Assembly (NCBI GenBank): GCA_001275005.1 | Contig: JWZX01002262.1 | Span: forward strand, 1-36,127 | DNA: 36,127 nt | DNA from: Chrysochromulina tobinii | Taxonomy: Eukaryota | Reading direction: 5' to 3' | Shown here: one piece after another, positions 31,374 through 36,127 of the stretch | How positions within the stretch are numbered: position 1 is the first letter of the stretch | Layout: the number at the start of each line of letters is the position of its first letter | The notes under the pieces: generated by a model | Database searches by the model: none | Told to the model about the DNA's origin: nothing | The model's input: only the letters and a program-made list of their open reading frames with translations | Position numbers and translations under genes: made by a program

Positions 31374-31989
31374 ATGGACGGTCCGCTTCCACTGGTCTGC
31401 GCGCTGTGCGGCGCGCCGACTCGCATCTTGCACACGACGCTGGAGGAGCTCATTCTGCTGTGCAGCGAGCTGGAGGTGCGGCGTCTCGCATGCGTGTGCG
31501 CCCTTGCCAATATGCGTTACTTGTGCCTTCACTTTCATGTTTGGTCGTTGCTGCTTTCCCCCGCAGTGCCCTTGGCCACTCGACGAGGCCGACGTGGAGG
31601 TGCTCTGCGTAGCTGCAACCGATGAGCGCGTCGCGCTGTACCGTGCTGCCTTGAAGCAGCGGCCGTCGCCACGGCCGCAGCCACGCCGATGTGCTGCCAC
31701 TGCTGCCGCCTCTGCCTCGTCTGTTGCCTCGTCGATGCCGCCTCCTGCCCCTCATCGCGATTCTTCCGCCGAAACGGATGAGCTGCAACGTATCAGCAAC
31801 ATGCTTATGCAGTCAACGCCTACCAGCTCTCCCGCCCTTCGACCGGGCGAGCCGCATGTGCACCGGCTGCCATCTCTGGACTCGCTACCGCCCTCGACGC
31901 TGCTCGGCCCGGCTGCGGGCAGCGCGCAGAGCCATGAGATGGCGGCTTTCGAGCTGCCGCCCACTTTCCCGGCACCGCCGCCGCTATAG
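31374..31989 (+). CDS. Small C4 zinc-ribbon protein resembling the USPL1 N-terminal motif, about 174 aa, 2 exons
   Basis: Exons 31374-31475 and 31567-31989; intron GAG|GTGCGG..ctttccccgcag. Spliced product VCALCGAPTRILHTTLEELILLCSELECPWPLDE. Confidence 0.6.
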
Positions 31990-32283
31990 TTCGTTGCTTC
32001 ACGTACGATCTAGTCTTGGTTCTCTAATTACAGCAGCCCGTATAGCGTATACAAAGTACAGTGTATGTACTACGTAGTAGAAACAAAAGCGCAGCGGGAT
32101 AGTAGTAGAGATCGCTCGCTCGCTCCGGGGTTACCCTAGATCAACTTGTCCCTCAAAGATTTTCCGATGAACCAAATTCACAAGACTCGGGGCGTGTTCA
32201 CAGGCCGGAGTGGGCGGCTCGGCGGCTGTGGCGCCCGTCGGCTCGGGCAGCCCTGAATCCGCGATTGACGCACTGCTCTCATC

Positions 32284-35200
32284 ATGCTCGGTGCTCCAAT
32301 AATCGAGGATCACGTGCCCAAGCCTGAAGACGAGGACGACGCATCGTCTTCGTCGCATGGGGATGCGGCCTCTCCCAAGGGCGACGCCGCCTCCGCCGCC
32401 GCCGCGACGAAGAAGACATCTAACAAAGACTTGTTCGGCGATGCGGCGGACACGCAGGCGGCGCCTGAACCGCCGCCGGCCGGGATGGTCAGTACCGAAG
32501 ACCTCCTCGGCGGAAACCAGATGAGCGCGCCGCAACCAGGGTTTGGAGGCACGGGTGGCCTTGATGACCTCTTCAGCACAATCACGATGAGCACCCCGGA
32601 TTCAGCTCCGGCAACACCGCCAGCGGGGTTCGGTGGCATGGGCGGCTTCGACGACGCATTTGGTGGTCCGCCTGTGGAAGACAGTTCGACTGAGAACATG
32701 GCTGAGATGGCAGCAGCCATGGCAGCCGCGGGAACCGAACTCGAGGCGGCGAAGGCGGAGGCGGCGGCGAAGGCAGAGCTGGCAGCGAAGGCGGAGCTGG
32801 CCGCCGCGGAAGTCAAGGTGGCCAAGTATGATGCGGTGGCCAAGAAGAAGAGAGAAGCGGCCATTTCTCCGGAGAAAGTAGCGGCCCTTTCTCCTTCGGC
32901 TAAGGCGGCGGCAGCCGAACTGGTAGCCAATATGGTCGCCGATTTCGATGCGGCGAAGGCGGATGCGGTGGCGAAGGCTGCGATCGCACTCGATGCGGCG
33001 AAGGCGGAGGCAGCGGCGAAGGCGGAGGCCGCGGCGAAGGCGAAGGCTGCGATCGCACTCGATGCGGCGAAGGCGGAGGCAGCTGCGAAGGCGGAGGCCG
33101 CGGCGAAGGCGAAGGCTGCGATCGCACTCGATGCGGCGAAGGCGGAGGCAGCTGCGAAGGCGGAGGCCGCGGCGAAGGCTGCCGCACTAGCGGCTGCTCG
33201 TGCTGCGATCAATACTGACACAACGCAAACGGCCCCGGCACTGTCCGCGCTTCTAGCCGTCACCTCGTCGCCGAAGCAGCACGCGCGTCATATGACGACT
33301 GTGCAGCTTCGCACGCTACTGTACGAGCACGGTGTCGAAGCGCCGGAGGGAGCGGACCGAGAGGCGCTCGAAGCTCTGGTGGCGAGCCTGGCGGCGCTGA
33401 ACAATGGCGCAGCAGCTGCAACACACCCAGATCTGATGCTCCCACACATGATCCATCGAGACACTCCGATGTTCCACGATCGAGACTTTCCATCCTCGAG
33501 CTCCGCGCTCTACAGCTTGCCCGCCGTCTCGGCTGACTCTGAGTACGTCCCTCATTACAGCTCACCCGGCGTCTCGGCTGACTCTGAGTACGTCCCTCAT
33601 TACAGCTCACCCGCCGTCTCGGCCCACTCGCCCCACGGCTCTCTTCTCTCCACCAAGCTCTCGCTGGACAAGAAGAAGTTGGTGGCGCACCAAATCAAGA
33701 AGCACGCACGCGTGGTCTACTCGCAGGAGATCTCGATGACCCAGAAACGCATGTGCGGCCTCGTCTTCTTATGGCTTTCGGTCGCCTCGTTCTATACCAC
33801 TCGGTGGGCGCTCGAGCCGCTCAATAAGCCACCACCGCCGCCCGCGATGCCGCCACTCCCGCCGGCACCGCCGTCATCGCCGTTGCCACCGGCCGTGCCC
33901 CCATCGCCATCCCCTCCGCCGCCTTCTCTGCCTCCGCCGCCTCCGCCGTCGCCGCTGCCGCCCACGCCTGACCCGCCGCCTCCCCCGCCACCGATGGTGC
34001 CACCGTTACTGCCACCGCCCTCCCCGTCACCATCGCTGCCGCCACCCTCCCCTCTACCGCCGCCGCCATCCCCGTCGCCCGCGCTGCCGCCACCCGCCCC
34101 TCCGCCCTCGCCGACGCCCTCGCTGCCGCCACCCTCCCCTTCGCCGACAGTGCCGCCCTCGCCACCGCCCTCTTCGCCGCCGTCGCCCCCTCCCTCGCCA
34201 CCACATCCGGCGGTGCCACCTGCGCCGCTGCAGCCGGGTGGCGAGTACCGGCCCGTGGTGGTTACCAAATTCGTCATCGAGGGTGCCGGGGATTCCTTTG
34301 ACGAGCTCGCCTTCCGAAAAGCCCTCGCCAAGCAGCTCGGCGCCGTGCCAGCCGACGTATCTCGGCTCGAGATCTCCAGCTCGCGCATCTCAGAAGGCGA
34401 GCTCGCGCAGCTCAGGCGAGATGCGCTCGCGCGCGAGCGCACTTCGCTCTTTGATGATCTCGCAGCTCGAGAACGAGAATACGACGCCTCGCAGGCGTAT
34501 CGGGACCTCGCGATCCAGAGCCACTCGACCAGTGTGCCTGCGGTCCGTCGCGAGCTCGATCTGGATCGGGATCAGGATCGACCTGCGGTACGTCGCGAGC
34601 TCGACCACTCACGTCGCGAGCTGGATACCGCAGTCATCGTGGTCTCGGCGCGGGTGATCATGCCTACGATCGCTGCGGCAGACGCGGCGAGCCACTCTCT
34701 GAGCATCAGCACCAGTACTCTCTCGCAGACACTTAGAGTGGCAGTTGTGTCCGTCGAAGCGTCCGCCGAGAAGATGGCCTTCTCTGCACCGTCGCCACCG
34801 CCACCGGTGCCGTCGCCGCCTTTGCCGCCCAGTCCGCCGCCACCCTCTCGACCACCGCCCTCACCGCCGCCTCCGCCACCGCCCTCTCATCCGCCACCCT
34901 CACCGAAGCCTAGCGAGCCTCCCCCACTGCCCCCGCCCATGCCGCCGCCCCCGCCGCCCATGCAGCCACCCACAATACCCCCGCTCTTGCCGCCGCCCTC
35001 GGCGCCTCCTCCTCCCGCGCCGCCGTCGATTCTGTCGCAGATCGAATCCTACCTACAGGACGAATTATTTCAGCGCGTGCTGCTCCTGGCCCCGTTGCTC
35101 TTCGCCACCCTCATCTCCTTTTTCTTCTTCCTCGACGCACCACGCGCCACTCGCGCGGTGGTGGGCATCGTCACGTGCCAGTGCTGCGAAGAGAAAAGGC

Positions 35201-35367
35201 CCTACACCCCCATGTACGACCTCAACTACGACGAGGAGGCAAGTCGGGCATCCCGACAGTCGGGCAGCACCGGCAGTCCCTCCAGCTTCTCTCTGCCCGC
35301 CTCGGTCGGGCGCAGCAGGAAGCGGCCGACCCCGGGAGAGCCGAGCACCGTGTGCCTCGTCCAGTAG
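32284..35367 (+). CDS. Proline-rich two-TM membrane protein with Ala/Lys repeats, HeH/LEM-like motif, SEA-like module and C-terminal CaaX-like CLVQ, 1027 aa
   Basis: Open ORF. TM segments GLVFLWLSVASFY and VLLLAPLLFATLISFFFFL; two (S/P)PPP tracts flank VVVTKFVIEG..FDELAFRKALAKQLG..VIVVSARV; also MTTVQLRTLLYEHGVEAPEGADREALEALV. Confidence 0.75.
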   Translation: MLGAPIIEDHVPKPEDEDDASSSSHGDAASPKGDAASAAAATKKTSNKDLFGDAADTQAAPEPPPAGMVSTEDLLGGNQMSAPQPGFGGTGGLDDLFSTITMSTPDSAPATPPAGFGGMGGFDDAFGGPPVEDSSTENMAEMAAAMAAAGTELEAAKAEAAAKAELAAKAELAAAEVKVAKYDAVAKKKREAAISPEKVAALSPSAKAAAAELVANMVADFDAAKADAVAKAAIALDAAKAEAAAKAEAAAKAKAAIALDAAKAEAAAKAEAAAKAKAAIALDAAKAEAAAKAEAAAKAAALAAARAAINTDTTQTAPALSALLAVTSSPKQHARHMTTVQLRTLLYEHGVEAPEGADREALEALVASLAALNNGAAAATHPDLMLPHMIHRDTPMFHDRDFPSSSSALYSLPAVSADSEYVPHYSSPGVSADSEYVPHYSSPAVSAHSPHGSLLSTKLSLDKKKLVAHQIKKHARVVYSQEISMTQKRMCGLVFLWLSVASFYTTRWALEPLNKPPPPPAMPPLPPAPPSSPLPPAVPPSPSPPPPSLPPPPPPSPLPPTPDPPPPPPPMVPPLLPPPSPSPSLPPPSPLPPPPSPSPALPPPAPPPSPTPSLPPPSPSPTVPPSPPPSSPPSPPPSPPHPAVPPAPLQPGGEYRPVVVTKFVIEGAGDSFDELAFRKALAKQLGAVPADVSRLEISSSRISEGELAQLRRDALARERTSLFDDLAAREREYDASQAYRDLAIQSHSTSVPAVRRELDLDRDQDRPAVRRELDHSRRELDTAVIVVSARVIMPTIAAADAASHSLSISTSTLSQTLRVAVVSVEASAEKMAFSAPSPPPPVPSPPLPPSPPPPSRPPPSPPPPPPPSHPPPSPKPSEPPPLPPPMPPPPPPMQPPTIPPLLPPPSAPPPPAPPSILSQIESYLQDELFQRVLLLAPLLFATLISFFFFLDAPRATRAVVGIVTCQCCEEKRPYTPMYDLNYDEEASRASRQSGSTGSPSSFSLPASVGRSRKRPTPGEPSTVCLVQ
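32971..33180. repeat. 69-bp (23-aa) coding tandem repeat, 3 copies
   Basis: gcgatcgcactcgatgcggcgaagg at 32980, 33049 and 33118. Confidence 0.9.
33511..33623. repeat. 45-bp (15-aa) coding tandem repeat, about 2.5 copies
   Basis: tacagct at 33511, 33556 and 33601; encodes VSADSEYVPHYSSP twice. Confidence 0.9.
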
Positions 35368-35523
35368 GAGACGAACACCTGAAGAAACTTTATTATCTGT
35401 GCCGACATAAGTAAGTTTGCCTTCGCGAATTCGTCGAAGCGCGTTTGGCGTTTCGCGTTACCTATTTTTCTACGAACAAGCGGCAAGAGCAGGTGGGCAA
35501 GAGCAGGTGCGCCGGCCGGAGAT

Positions 35524-36039
35524 TTGCCCTTTGCGTAGATGTCAAAATTTTTTAGGCAAATGTCTATGTCTTAAATCATAATATCTTAGGCATATGTCGC
35601 GACACAACATAGACATTTACACACACATTCATAGCAAAGTGTCTCGACACGACATGACATTTGTGTTCTCCATGAATCAAAAATAGAATCAGCGCACTGA
35701 TTCGCGCGCGGGGGACATACGAGGCACCGGCTCATAACCGGCTCATAAAGTTTCGGAGAGTCCACCGCCGCCTCCGTCGATGCCGCAATCAGGAGGCTCG
35801 ATATCCACTCTTTGTGTTGGGGGTGAAGCGGTCCATGGCCGTTACGGTCGGTGTCGTTACATGTACCTGAGATATCTTCACGGGACACACTGAATGTAGG
35901 CAAATATCGCGACACGACACGACATTTTCGCACGGGACACACTGAATGGAGGCAAATGTCGCGACACGACACGACAATTTTCAGTCTTCATTTCTGGCAA
36001 ATGTTGCAAAAACTGTCGCGACAATTACGCAAAGGGCAA
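35524..36039. mobile_element. Non-autonomous DNA transposon (MITE-like), 516 bp, with 14-bp perfect TIRs and an 8-bp TSD
   Basis: Left end TTGCCCTTTGCGTA (35524-35537) and right end TACGCAAAGGGCAA (36026-36039) are exact reverse complements. The direct repeat CCGGAGAT flanks both ends (35516-35523 and 36040-36047). There are subterminal repeats and no transposase ORF. Confidence 0.9.
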
Positions 36040-36127
36040 CCGGAGATGCCTCGCGCTTGAGCTGGTTGATCCAGCGCTTCGAGCATCCAAAGTGCTGCGC
36101 CAGCAGCACGCTGCTCGTGATGCCGAC

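Noticed and set aside
9533..31989. Several ubiquitin/SUMO-fold genes taken as a functional cluster
   Set aside because: They are interspersed with unrelated housekeeping genes, such domains are common in eukaryotes, and no synteny evidence is available.
337..35414. Many long antisense or alternative-frame ORFs (e.g. 10266-11420 +, 14790-16196 +, 19950-21287 +, 21898-22893 +, 32310-33263 -)
   Set aside because: They are shadows of real genes, expected in high-GC sequence with few stop codons, and carry no family motifs.
35556..36023. Repeated palindromic units read as a CRISPR array
   Set aside because: Spacing is irregular, the intervening sequences are duplicated rather than unique, there are no cas genes, the context is eukaryotic, and the units are explained as MITE subterminal repeats.

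Overview
This is GC-rich, gene-dense eukaryotic nuclear DNA with short GT-AG introns and compact intergenic regions. Composition, proline-rich surface proteins and CTGAT-repeat introns suggest a haptophyte such as Chrysochromulina (inference only). About 17 protein genes can be modelled: YJU2/CCDC94 (partial), an EDR2-C/DUF1336 protein, a NIPA-like Mg transporter, a TM+SAM+CaaX protein, a coiled-coil protein, an unknown Ubl-like/low-complexity protein, a RelA/SpoT synthetase, a C2H2+CXXC zinc-finger protein, an OB-fold+SAM methyltransferase, PLPBP/YggS, a PDCD5-like protein, a 1535-aa lamin/intermediate-filament-like protein ending in two ubiquitin-like domains, a frameshifted LSMT-type SET protein, PIG-B, an EF-hand-like protein, a RING+SUMO-like protein, a small zinc-ribbon protein and a proline-rich 2-TM protein. 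The most notable items are: (1) the giant lamin/IF-like gene; (2) introns that carry a copy of their flanking exon sequence plus 10-bp CTGAT repeats, a possible intron-gain signature; (3) an intact 516-bp MITE with 14-bp TIRs and an 8-bp TSD; (4) a palindrome, TACCGGTA, recurring upstream of start codons. All family assignments come from motif recognition by eye; no database search was run.
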